Below are positions 13,416 to 26,035 of a stretch of DNA of 64,000 nt, piece after piece. The stretch is from assembly GCA_012295275.1 (NCBI GenBank), contig CM022679.1, positions 8,370,001-8,434,000 on the forward strand, written 5' to 3'. The notes beneath the pieces are model-generated. The model did no database searches, was not told where the DNA came from, and saw only the letters and a program-made list of their open reading frames with translations. The first letter of the stretch is position 1. Each line of letters opens with the position of its first letter. This DNA is from Chrysomallon squamiferum (lineage: Eukaryota; Animalia; Mollusca). The translations under genes and the position numbers were made by a program.

Positions 13416-16400
13416 GTGGTGACCTTTTGAAAAACAAGGTCTTTTAATCTTGAGGAAGTTTTATTTTGCTTCTGGTTGGCACATAACTTGATTTTATTAA
13501 GCCAGATTTAAATTGTATGAAGAGGAAATGTGTGCATTTTTTGAGGCTTTGTTGGATTTTTAAAACTTTACTTTTGTACTTAAGTTTAATAATCACTGGA
13601 TTTAATGATGATGATGATGATGTAAAACTGTGAATTATTAATTTTTCTTGCCTTAAGTATTTTCCTTACACTGATATCAGTGAAAATATAATTGGTTGTA
13701 CAAAGCATTCATGCAGTGATGTCAGTTCATTTTTATGTACTGATCATTTGATATTCAGATAACACATTTAATGTTTTGTGCATCAGTGAATTAAGTAATT
13801 GGAAACTGGCAATAGTCAGATTCATTCAAAACATAATTAAACTACTTAGAAAGATGATGAAATGCAATCATACATATAAACAAAATTATACAGAGAGCAA
13901 AAATAGCTGTGGCTTTGGTATCCACAATTTTCACCAACTGCAGTTCAAAAATATTTGTAAAAATTACAGTACAGTAAATTGTATTCTTACGATGACATGC
14001 AATATGCTAGAATACAGTTATCAGTATTATTTATTTATCTTTTAGCACTTTTTGAATAATAATAATGAATTTTTAGAAAATTTATACACTCCACTTGAGG
14101 AATTTTCATATTTGGTTGGAGTAGGTATTTAATTTTATTTTAACATTTCCCCCCCATAGTTTTCAGAAGATAACAAACACATTATGTGGCACCTGCTTCC
14201 TTGCATGTGGTACCCTAGGCAACTCCAAGATACTGATATCTTGAGTTAGTCCTGCCTATAGATGGGGGGGTTTCATGTCATGAACAAAATGCTGGGTTAA
14301 ATTACATCATTTTATGTTAATGCATTGAGTATCTGTGATGTGTCATGGAAGCACAGGCTCACAGATGAACGTACATTGTAATCAACATTCATCTCAATAA
14401 TGGATAAATCGTTTTATTTTGTTTTTCTTGTCAGTTTTTGTTACCGTTACTGTGATTACAAGATTAACCGATGTGATATTCAGCTTTGTGTCTTTGATCA
14501 ATAAAACATGAAGAAGAAGATTACAATGGACAAGAAAAAGAGTCCAGGGAATTTATTTTGACTTGTCAAATCCATCACTTTACCTACATCTGGGAATTCT
14601 AAACAAAACGACTTTCATGTGTGTGAAAAATTCAGGGTTATTTGTTGACTTGGTCTGTTCATAAAATATGTGTAAATTACTTTGATATTATATAATCGCT
14701 TTGGGACATCTTGTACATTTTGTTTGAAATATTTATTTTTTGCATTTTATTTTTCTCTCTTTCTTTCTCTGTTTATTATTATTGTTATTATATTTATTTA
14801 TTCATTACTTTTTTTTTTTTTGTATTTTGCATGTATCAAAAGGCTGCTGTTATTTTAGTTTGATGTCAAATATTAAATAGATTTTAAATAAGATTTTCAC
14901 TATCAGTTTAAAATCAGATATTTTTTTCATTTAATACTCAATCCTTCTAAAAAATTAAAACTGAATATACATGGTTATGTATTCAGTGGTGTTAAGACCT
15001 GGAATAATAAATTGTTGGTTTTCACCTTTCAGTAAAATAATTCTGTGTTACATGCATGTAGTGATGTACACATACATGTAAATATGACCTGTCATTACAG
15101 ACCACCCTGTAACACGTATATGTAACTCAAACCTGATATTAAAGACCACTTTACAAAAGGCATAGATAAACCTGATCTGTTGTAAAGAAACCACTGTTCT
15201 AACAGGTACATGTGAAGTGTTAATACAATGACCTGTGGATTAAGGACAGCTGAGTTGTATTCATCTTATCTGTGTCCAGGCTTGTTCTGGATACATCACT
15301 TCCACCTTTCACTGCAGTTTTAACTTATGGCCTGTCATTAACATAATAACAAAAGTTCAGCTGAATAGTTATATTCCTCACAAAACTCCCGTGCTTGACC
15401 CAGTCTTCATTTATCACCAGTTGTGAAACCACCGGCCTTTATGCAGAATGCTTTCACCACTGTACACCATTGCCCCAGGGGTCAGATTGAATATTCTGTT
15501 CAAAAAAAAAAAAAAACCCAACCTTTAAGCGCAAGGATCTAAGTTAATCCATCTTGGTTTAGCCATCAATACTTTTGCCAGCTTTTTTGCCATTCTTAAA
15601 GATCTACAGTGCAGTTGAGTGGAGAATTTCAATGAAGTGACTGGCCTACCTTCGTGCTGCCATTAAAGTGACTTCAACACCCTTCATTATCATTCACCTG
15701 GCTTAACTCCTTTTCACAAAGAAAATAGAACACAAGAGGCCAAGCTCTGTTTGCTTCAGTGTGTATGGGTGTGTGTGTGTGTGTGTGGATTTTTGGACAA
15801 ACATGGTTGAAAGTGTAGAAAGATTTAAAGATAATTCCTGATTGCAAAAGGATCGAGGACTAGACTTGTAATGGATTTTTCCATTTGATGTCTGTTCTTA
15901 TTACATATGTCGTTTTTATACTGTACAAAAAAATGAAATAAAAACAACAAGAAAAATTGTAAAATGTTAGTTAATTTGGAGATGTTTTTTCACTCAAATT
16001 AAAGCCCTGATTTCAAATTTTTTATAGAAATTTATTGCATAAAGATTAATGCTGGCATTTCCTTTGTGTAAATAAGTCAGAAATGTTACTTATTCCAACT
16101 GCATGATAAAAACCAACACCCCTCTTAAACTTGCTTCCATACCCTCACCCACAGAATAACTCTGTTTCCAAGAAGAAAACAGTTATCGAATTATTTTAAA
16201 TTCTGATCCATTATATTTTTAGTGACTTGTGTTTATATTTAGGCTGTGCATTTCCTTGCTATTAAAATATTTGTATACACAAAGAATGACAGAGAATAAG
16301 CAAAACAGATGAATGCATCGTATCTAGTACAATTTATCATTATTTAGGTAAACAGCAACAAAATGTGATGAAATTGCTTACGAAAATGTCGACAACATTC

Positions 16401-16871
16401 CGATAAATCTTAGAAATCCCTGTTACTAATTTATATACAACATATACATGCAATTAATAACGTTTTCTCAAAAATGCCAGTTTTCCCCACAAAATTCTCA
16501 AGACATTGCTGTTTGAATAATAACACTTTTCTTTTCCTCTCACTTTTTACAACTTCTGACTTTTCTTACTCAATCATTGCTCCAAGTGGAAACGGCCATA
16601 AAACATTTTAGCTTTGATGTATATTGGTTGTTAATGTGGCAACGTTTTCTCTCCCACTTCAAAATTGGTTAACAGTGTTGTGAGATTTCTGTTACGTCAT
16701 CAACTTACCGAAATGATTATGTAGACAGGAAGATAGGTTTTTGCTAAACAGAATAATGAACAGCAGACTTTCCTCTTTATTTTGCCTCTATTGAATTTTG
16801 GTTTGCGTTTGACTTTGGTGTTTAAAATTACTGCTTAAATGAAAATCTAAGTATTCACTTCAAATAAATGG

Positions 16872-16909
<38 letters not shown>

Positions 16910-17557
16910 GTTGATTCTGCTTAGTGTTTAGAAGTAAAATCTGGTGGTAAAATTTTTTCTGAAAGGTATTTTTTTGGTTTAAAAGTTTTTTTTTTTTTTA
17001 TTATTATTGAAATTTTTTTTTTTTTTTTTTTTTTCAGTTCTCTAAAAGTCAGCAGTATTTTTGATAATTCATTTAAAAATAAATAAATAAAAAAACAAAC
17101 AAAAATGTTAGGTTTTCTTAAAACTTAAATATTATTATAACACATTTTTGAAAAGTAATTGATCTGTATCAGTGATATAAAAAAAAAAAAAATGGACAGA
17201 AACAAATTATTGTGCTTGTGTGAGTGGTCTCCCTTAAAGAAATCTTTTTTTTTTCTCAATAAACATCCAAGTTAAAATTTAAAAAATTTTCACGGTCCCT
17301 TTATCTTTAAAGAAAAACTGGTAAATCAGTTTTTTTTTTGAAAGGAAAACTGCTAAATCAATTTTTGGTGGTCTTCATTAAAAGATCTTTTATAAATATT
17401 CTATCAAAATTCAAATAATAATAATAATGAATATATTCTTCAAAAAGATAAGTCAGTATATTGTTTCCTTACTATATGACAGTGTCAATATATATATGCT
17501 AATTTAAACTAGCAGTAAATAATATATATATATATATATATATTGTTTTTTTTACAG

Positions 17558-18019
17558 GTAGTGGCTATTTCATTGTTACACCAGACACATACAGGATGCA
17601 GTCTGAGGACCCAGGCATGACCTGCAATGCTTCCTGGTTACCTTACCACCCCATGTACATTCCAGTGTTTCCTCCAATCCAAGGCATGCAGCAGCTACAG
17701 CAGCTTCGACAGATACAACAGATGCAGCAAATGAGGGCGCCGATGAGGTCAATATCTTGCCAGGCCAACATGTACGAAAAGCTGACATCACAGGTGGAGA
17801 ACAAACCCCCTCCTCCCCCTGTGTCAAAGGCGCGGCCTAGGAGTTCAAGTGCCAGGGGCATGAGGAACAAGGAGAAGGAAAAGGGTCAGGCAGACATTGA
17901 GAACGACGAGAGTAACCTGAAGAGGACGATGTCTGTCAAGTACAAGACTGACAAAGCGACAGCAATCACCAAAGATGTCAACCTCAAGTCGAGTAACATC
18001 AACCAGACCAAGCAGAAGG
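17558..18019 (+). CDS. STOX: Storkhead-box protein (STOX1/STOX2/Drosophila knockout family), internal exon: end of the winged-helix domain plus a Q/P-rich linker
   Basis: Acceptor ttttttacag|GT gives (G)SGYFIVTPDTYRMQ, matching the STOX winged-helix end motif GYFIVTPxTY. The frame is open to the donor AAG G|gtaact, and GC content is clearly higher than in the introns. The upstream winged-helix exons were not found in the window. Confidence 0.9.
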
Positions 18020-18303
18020 GTAACTGTCTTATTAATAATGTAGAAAAGATTGGGGTTTTAAGCTTAAATTTTTAAATTTTTTTTTTTTTTTTTAAAGAAT
18101 TCCTCTCTTTAAATGATATATATATGTTTCAGGAGTTCATTACCATTTCATTCAGTTTGAGGAGTTCATTACTATTTCAGTTTTTATTCAGATCAAATTA
18201 ATTTTCAATCACATACTATTAAATAAACATTAATACATATAATCACCATTTTGATATGCTTTACAATTTATATATATATATGTTTTCAAAAATCCGATTT
18301 CAG

Positions 18304-19994
18304 GCGAGAAAGTTTCCTTGTTCTCCAAACTGTTCAAGAAGAACAAGAAAAGAATGCCGCACCAGCTCCTGCTCCTAAGAAGGAGGCCGAATATGCCACC
18401 TTCTCCGCCCAGTTCCCTCCGCCCGAGTGGCAGTGGTACAAGCAGCAGGTGGAGAAGCAGAGGCGCACCGAGGAGTGGGTCAGTCAGCAGGGGCTGGGGC
18501 CGGGCACAGAGACCTGGGAAACGCAGAGGAACGTTCGGCCTAAAAGCTGGTTCTACCTGCAGAACATGGTTCCAGACAACAACAGCCACGATCAGACAAT
18601 GGCAGGGATTCCAGAGGACAGGGAGAACACCAGCTTTGAAAAGAAGTGCACGGGAAAAAGACACAGGACGAAAAAAGAAAAAGGGAGAGCACAGCGGAGT
18701 TCAGGAGAACGGGGTGGTGGTGGTGCCTGAAGGTCACCAAGGAATGGAGTTGCTGTCTCCGATATCGGCTAACGAGGACATTTATCAGTCGGTGGGCAGC
18801 ACTAAAACCGGTGGACCCAACCACTCCACGCCGAGGTTTTACGACACGATCCCTCCAAGACACAACCAGTCGAGCGTGTGACAACGAGTTTGTGAAGCTG
18901 AACAACCAGGACGTGGAAGTGGTGTCCAGACATCACAACCATCATCACAGAAGATCTCACCGAGCCAGGAGAAAGTCTCACAGGAACAGTTGTGTGTACG
19001 ATTCGCGCTACAACAACAACAACAACAATGATATCAGTTACGAATACAACGGTCGACTGCCTAACAAAAACTCAGTGTACGCTGCTTCTAAAGACAGTGG
19101 AGTTAACTGCATAGGGCAGACAGTTAAATCCACCTCAGGGCATCATCATGACAATACTGCTGTTTCACACAGAAAAGGAAAACATTGTGAGGAACAAGCT
19201 GGATGAGGTAACTGAGGAAGGAAAAAGGAGGAGGTGGTGTGGATGATCATTTCGCCAGTCCTCTCGGAGAGGTGCACAGCGAGGAATTTCCTGGATCGTA
19301 CGCGCCTCAGAATTCCATTGATCCCAACTACTACGACAGCAGTATTAACGAAAGTTTCGGAGGAGGGAACAGTGCTGGGATTCAGATTGTGTGCGAGGCT
19401 GAAATTAATCACCAGCCCATCCCTCAGATTGTGCTAGACTCTGAACTTCAGGCGGGATGCTACGACCCTGACGTGGCCAAGTCCAATTCGGGCAGCAGGG
19501 ACGCGCTGAGCAGCGAGAAGAGCTTCGACACGGTGATCGCTGGCAAGAGTCAGCTGGAGGACGAGGAAAACAAGGACACGCATTTAGAAACCATAAACAG
19601 CAATATCCGAGATCTCAGTTTCGTCGACAGTGGTTTCAGTTCTCCTCGCAATGCAGAGCAACCTGCTTCGGACTCTGGCAAGCAGAATGCGAGGTCGGAA
19701 CAGGAGAACAAGTCTCAGAACAGTAAACAGAACAACTGCACTTCGCACGCTAAGGAAGTGTGTTGTTCTGAGTCAAAACACAGACCTGTTCCACACCTCT
19801 ACCCTCACGTCATGAACAACCAGCGACCTTCGCGGTCCAGCCGATGCGAGACACAGCACTACGCCAATGTTGATGATGTCGTCCAGCATGTGTGTCCACA
19901 GACCCCAGAACAGTTACAGCTGTTTAAACAGCAGCAGCTCAACACAAAGAGATTCGGGTTAAATGGAGAGTTTGAAGTTGTAGGAGTTGTTTGA
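18304..19994 (+). CDS. STOX: Storkhead-box protein, last coding exon (frame disrupted several times in this sequence)
   Basis: Acceptor gatttcag|GC gives GEKVSLFSKLFKKNKK, followed by the STOX motif YATFSAQFPPPEW in another frame. It ends ...DSGFSSPR...NGEFEVVGVV* at 19994. Codon-like composition is continuous across the frame switches. Confidence 0.8.
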
Positions 19995-20602
19995 AAAAAA
20001 AAAAAACCCAGTTTTTAGTTTTTTAATATTTTCATTTATCAGTTCCATCAGTTTTATTTCCATTGAGATTAAACATTAATCAGACATAAACATCCTTAAA
20101 TTCATAGACTCATTTTATCAGTTAAGGTTTAACAATATAATCTTTCATTTGGTGCCAAATACGAGTTAGGTTTTTTTTTTTTTAAATGAATCTTGTAACA
20201 TCTCTAAGTTTAGCAGGTGTTAAAATTAGACTGTGGTTTTATAACTTTGTTCACACAAAAAGGCCTTTAACTGATGTTGTAATAGTTAAGCGTACATGTT
20301 AATAATATATTCCACAATTCTGTTAAAATGTTAAAATACATGATTCTTTTCCTTTTTTTCAATTTTAATCAATTTTTTTTTTTTTTAACTGATGAAAATG
20401 TTTCCTAGAACACTACGAATATAGAAGATTGGAGACTCGGTCTATTAAGATTTTTTGTTATAACCAAATTATTTTTGAATTAGTTAATAATTTATTACAT
20501 ATATTTGATAATTATTTAAATTTGCTGCTGCACAGCATTCCTAGAGTCTTTTTTTTTTTTAAATTTATTAAAATTATTTTTTTTTATATTTTTATAAATA
20601 TG

Positions 20603-20736
20603 AAATATGAAGAAAACAGAAATTTTAATATAATTATTGAGACTCTTTCCAGTGAAAAATTGATTGTAACTGACATTGAAAAACACAAATTTAATACTTT
20701 TTTTTTAACCAAATTTTAATTTGCATAATGCATGTG
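20603..20736 (+). repeat. Dispersed ~140-bp repeat, copy 2, in the presumed STOX 3' UTR
   Basis: Aligns by eye with 10399-10541. Confidence 0.85.
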
Positions 20737-21239
20737 AATTATTTTGATAAAATAAGTATATGTCTTCTACTTAATTATATTTAAAGTAGGAGTTTCAAAG
20801 AATTCCTAGCATTGTTATTTTAAATATTCATGGCTACTTTTGTGAAGAGAGATAACTGTCATTATTATAAGTTTGCAGTTATGTCCCTTACCTCAGTTAC
20901 TGTGTGTAACTTGGGTTATGGTTTTGTTTTAAACAGACCAGTTATTATTATTTATTTATTTATTTAATATTATTATTCTTTATATGGAATTAATTTTTTT
21001 TTCAGTAATTATTATTATTTATTTATTTATTTATTATATTTTTATTATTTTTATTATTATTTTTTGAGATTTCAAATGTGGGATGAAATATTTTTTTTTT
21101 TTTTTTTTTATTCATTTTTGAATTTATATTATTTATTTTTGTTAGTACCACAGAAAGTGGCTAATACAATCTTTTATGTTACTTTTAAGTTTTGAAAAGT
21201 ATTTCTTCTGTATTATAACATTTTATTTTTAATTTTTAA

Positions 21240-21270
<31 letters not shown>

Positions 21271-24026
21271 CAAAATAATGTTCAGATAACATCTGAAAAA
21301 GGTAAAGAGATTTTATTTTCAAAAAAAAATAAAAAATACTATTCATATTTGAAACAAAATCAGCATGTTATGTTTAATTTTTATGTTATTTGATTAACAT
21401 TTCAGGGAAGTTATGTTCACATATCAAGTGTTTTTGGAAATTTCTTTATGTCAAATTGTTGAATTTAAAAAAAAAAAAAATTATAATTTTATTTTTTTTT
21501 TCTTTTTTTCTTTTCTTCTTTGTTTTTTTTTTTTTTTTTTTTATGTTAATCCAAAATACCATTATTACTGTGTTTGATGGCAGCAATGCACAAATTTTTA
21601 ATTTTAAGGATTTATTTTTTGGAGATTTATTGAATATTATTGAAGGTTGGTTAAATACGACAAAAAATATACCACTAGTAATAATAATAAAATAAAAAAA
21701 TACATTGAATTTTAGAAGGTGAAATGAAAAATTGTGCTGTTTTGGTCATTCATCCTTGGTATTTCTTTCGAATATCAAAATATTGATATAAATTTTCGTT
21801 ACAAGGAAACTGAAAAATCACAGCTGAGAAATGAAGCTTTGAAGTTTTTATTTTTATTTTATTTTTATTTTTATTGATTATTAATATTTTTATAATTTTG
21901 TTTTTGTTTGTTTTTAAAAATGTAAATGTTTAGTTAAAACATCAGCACTTCAAGGCATGGTGTTGATTGTATTATATTGTTTATTTATTTTTTACATGTA
22001 AATAATTCAGTTGATCTCTGTTGTCAAAAAGTACATTTGTGTAAAATATCTGTTCATGAAGACAGATCATGGCAGATAGAGTTAATTTAATACATTAAAA
22101 AAAAGATAATAGTTGTACTCAGTCTGTTGTTGTTATTTGCGTCATATGATCAACTAAACTGCAAAAGAATTATATTCAGAAATATTTCTGAGAAAATATT
22201 AATGAAAAAATTAAAAGGCTTTAACTATAGCCAGAACAGTAAAATAAATATCTGGCTGATGATGACAGCATAATTTTAGTCATATAAATATATTTTTGTG
22301 ATTAAGAAATCACCAAATAACCCTCCTTCAGCAACATCTGTTTTGCTTCTAATTATTATTTAATTTCTTGTCAAGGAAAAGAAGTTATTTCTAGTTTTGT
22401 CAGAAATACATTGGTATTTATATATGTTAACATTTCTTCAGACGTAGAAATTTTGCTATTACATTAATGTAATTTAAATGAATCTTCATTTGATTACACT
22501 AAAATAGTATAGAATTAAAACACATACACAACTAATAAATAAATAAACAGAAAAACAAATTAAAAATATTTCTACTCAACACTGTCAACAGATAGGTTAT
22601 CAAATACAAAGTAAACATGCTGATATGAGCTGGATGTAAATTTTAGGTTTACGAATATAACAATAGTTTCAGCACGAGCTGTCAGTCAGCAGATACAATG
22701 ATGATGATGATGATAATAATAGTAATAGTAGTAATAGTAATAATAAACAGCAGTAAGAAAAAGCAGTATTATTTTTAAAAATACCAGCAGCTAATTTAAG
22801 AGTTCAATCAGTCTAATAGGGATTATTGAATCAGGAGTATTTCAGTCCAAAAGTATGAATCCCACTGTATTTTCTATTGAACCCCCAGAAAAAATATAAA
22901 ATACATTTTTGGTTCATAGAATTTGAATGTAGTGCAGTTGAAAATGTTTTGTTTGTTTTTTTTGTTTTACAACTGAAACATTAAATTTTTTTTTTTTAAT
23001 AGAATATTATTTAATTTGACAGATTTAAAAACACATTTCAGTTATGATGGCTTTATTAATAATGCAATTTCCATGAGTTGATAACATAAATTACTTTCAT
23101 AATAACATTGAATTTATAAATAAATATTTATATAAAGAGATAATATAAAGAGATAATATATATATATATTCTTATTAATCTTGTTTTACGTTTTGTTTAA
23201 AAATATAAACTGGACATTGAGAGATAAAACCGCAAACTGGAAAAAGTCCTGACAGACTTAATATATTCTAAATATGCTACGATCCACGTAATTCTCAAGT
23301 GGGTGTGTCTTTGCATTGCTCTCGCCCAAGACCTCTCAGAGTGGGCTACACACACAATCCACACACACACCCTTTTCTTTCCTGAGTCATGATACCTCAT
23401 TCAGTTTGCTCCTCACATTTTCCTTTATTAGAGAAATGATTAACTCGTTCTTTTAAGGTTTTTTTCGTTATTACGAAATAACGTCATATCAAAGACTTTT
23501 CGTACCACAAAGGAACACTAAAACTGCATTTTTTTTATTACACTCCATGTTACAATATATCTAATAGTAAGATGTGCATATGTTTTACACAAAGGTATAT
23601 ATTCAAACACAGACATATTTATAGTTAATATTAGTGATCTTTTTTTTCAACGTATTTTTTATTACCATCTCTGATTACAGAATCCTCTAAGGTATTCTAT
23701 AACTTTGAAGCATGTAACATCAAACGCTGGCATTTCTTTCTTCTTTTATTTTTTTTTATTTACAATCAGTATATATATATATTCTACTCCCTAGAGAGGT
23801 GTATATCTTTCTTTTTTGAAATCCATAAATTTCTGAAAAAATTCATAAACAAAATATAGGGCAAAAAACGAAAAAAGCTATAGTTTGCAATCGCAACGAA
23901 CTTTCGTTCCAACAGAATAATCACACATTTTTATAAATTACTGAGCTATCCTCAGGAATATAGTCTAAACCAGTGGTTTCATCTGAACCATTATTTGATC
24001 CATTTTTCAGTCAGCTGTGTTTCCTT

Positions 24027-24105
24027 TCAGTCACTCTTCGTGTTAAATTGTTCTTCTCCCACATTTTGTTCGTTTTTTTTTGCAGTTTCCCTTCTCGGTT
24101 TAGAT
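24027..24105 (-). CDS. Probable last coding exon of the SR-like RRM gene
   Basis: Acceptor ttatacacag|A TCT AAA CCG AGA gives (R)SKPRRETAKKNEQNVGEEQFNTKSD*. Phase 2 matches the preceding exon. Confidence 0.5.
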
Positions 24106-24270
24106 CTGTGTATAAATTTAAACAAGTAAGGAAATTATTTCTCTGTATACAAAGTTAAATACAGAAAGAACATAAAAGATTTCTTTTTATTTGTATCTGG
24201 GTCTCTCTCATTCTGAGTCTATTTTAGTTTTGTCTCTTTATCTCGCCCTCTGTCTGAACTTCTTTCTTTT

Positions 24271-24401
<131 letters not shown>

Positions 24402-24421
24402 TTTATTGTTATGGTTGTTAC

Positions 24422-24490
24422 CTTGTATAACAATCTCTCTGTGATGATGATTTAGACATGTTCTTTTCGTGTTTTCTTGAAGAATAACGA
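24422..24490 (-). CDS. Probable R/S-rich exon 4 of the SR-like RRM gene
   Basis: tttatttag|T CGT TAT TCT TCA AGA...TAT ACA AG|gtaaca: 69 nt, phase 2/2, reading RYSSRKHEKNMSKSSSQRDCYTR. Confidence 0.6.
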
Positions 24491-24643
24491 CTAAATAAAT
24501 AAATGAAAAATATTAATTAACGCAAAAAGGGATCAGTTTTGTAACACAAATATATCTAAAATAATATAGTTTACCAAACAGCTATATGGACAAAAAACAG
24601 CTAAAAAAAACAAAAAAATATAAAAAATAAAAATAAAAAATAA

Positions 24644-24679
<36 letters not shown>

Positions 24680-24883
24680 AATAATAATAATAACAAAAAT
24701 AAATAAATAAATAAATAAATAAAATAAAATAAAATAAAAAAAAAACAAAAAAAAAACAAGATAACGAAACAAACAAAACAATTAATAAAACCCAACAAAA
24801 ATAACACATAAACAAAAAGAATAACAATTTAAACAAATAAATTCAAATATATGAATACATTTTTAGTAATCATACGTGATTTT

Positions 24884-24929
<46 letters not shown>

Positions 24930-25140
24930 AATTTGATGTTGTTGTTAAATTAAAAACCACCATTCATTAATTTATTCTATTTTATTATTATTACTATTAT
25001 TATTATTATTATTAAATTATTATTACTAAACTATGATTATTATTATTATTATTACTATTATTATTACTATTATTACTATTACTGTTACTATTTTTAGGTT
25101 AGTCTCTTTATTATTAATGAAAAAATCACGTGTTCAAAAC

Positions 25141-25295
25141 CTGAACTATGATTTCGACGTCGATCTTCTGGGCACCGATGTCTATCTTATCTATCTATCG
25201 ATGCTATGTCGAGTGTTTTAGGTTCTGTCTATCTTTCTATCTGTCATGAAAAGGTCTATCTATGTTCAATCGAACTGCTCTTCCATCAAACAATT
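25141..25295 (-). CDS. Disrupted exon 3 of the SR-like RRM gene (RRM beta-4 plus an R-rich stretch)
   Basis: Minus strand reads LFDGRAVR.. (the expected RRM end), then RPFHDR...HRCPEDRRRNHSS with donor CAG|gttttg. The frame is broken and ATAG units are interleaved. Boundaries are approximate. Confidence 0.5.
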
Positions 25296-25338
25296 CTATC
25301 TATTATCTATCTATCTATATCTATCTATCTATCTATCC

Positions 25339-25397
<59 letters not shown>
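25296..25397. repeat. (ATCT)n microsatellite
   Basis: Direct reading. Confidence 0.95.
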
Positions 25398-25628
25398 AAT
25401 CTATGTACGTATGTATGTATAATATGTCTTTCTGTCTCATTTGTATTAGTACATGCTCTTTAATTTTAGTATATGATAACGATTTTTGAATACATACATT
25501 TACACAAATACATGCACACACATATATACACAAATACATTAAAATGCATTTTTCGAAAAATGACTAACTGAATAAAAATACTAACAAATAATTATAATAA
25601 TGATAATGCTTGTAACAACAACGACGAT

Positions 25629-25660
<32 letters not shown>

Positions 25661-25818
25661 TCAACATTTTAAAATTCTATATTAGTAAAAGACTATTTAA
25701 ACCAGTGAAAATTTCGAGCCTTTGACAAGCCGAATGAGAAGAGAAGGGAGGTAACTCAGTGTATAGTTAAAAAACAAAAAACGCTAGATAAATGTAGTTG
25801 AGATATTTTTGTTCTTAC

Positions 25819-25896
25819 GTTCCGTGAAGTTGATTTACCGCTCGTTCTGCTTCGTCAGCAAACTCGAAAACAACAAAAGCAAAACCAGGTGGATTC
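25819..25896 (-). CDS. SRSF3/SRSF7/RBP1-like RRM protein, exon 2 (RNP1)
   Basis: tatttcag|G AAT CCA CCT GGT TTT GCT TTT...CAC GGA AC|gtaag gives (R)NPPGFAFVVFEFADEAERAVNQLHG. RNPPGFAFV is the SRp20/9G8/RBP1 signature. Confidence 0.9.
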
Positions 25897-25938
25897 CTGA
25901 AATACGTTAATTTCTGAGTCTTCATAATGTGTCTGCAA

Positions 25939-25942
<4 letters not shown>

Positions 25943-26027
<85 letters not shown>
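25943..26027. repeat. (CA)n microsatellite
   Basis: Direct reading. Confidence 0.95.

Positions 26028-26035
<8 letters not shown>

Noticed and set aside
18020-18303. ORF 17596-18075 and ORF 18251-18730 as complete genes
   Set aside because: Both run into the AT-rich GT-AG intron 18020-18303; they are exon pieces.
18340-19245. Programmed ribosomal frameshifting in STOX
   Set aside because: It would need about 8 successive events, no canonical X XXY YYZ slippery sites with stimulators were seen, and the pattern matches long-read deletion error.
17576-19412. Minus-strand ORFs (17576, 17643, 18230, 18540, 19146) as an antisense gene
   Set aside because: Shadow ORFs of the GC-rich STOX exons, with no recognisable product.
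23197-23400. Additional exon of the RRM gene
   Set aside because: No RRM- or RS-like reading, and it lies beyond the more plausible stop at 24027.
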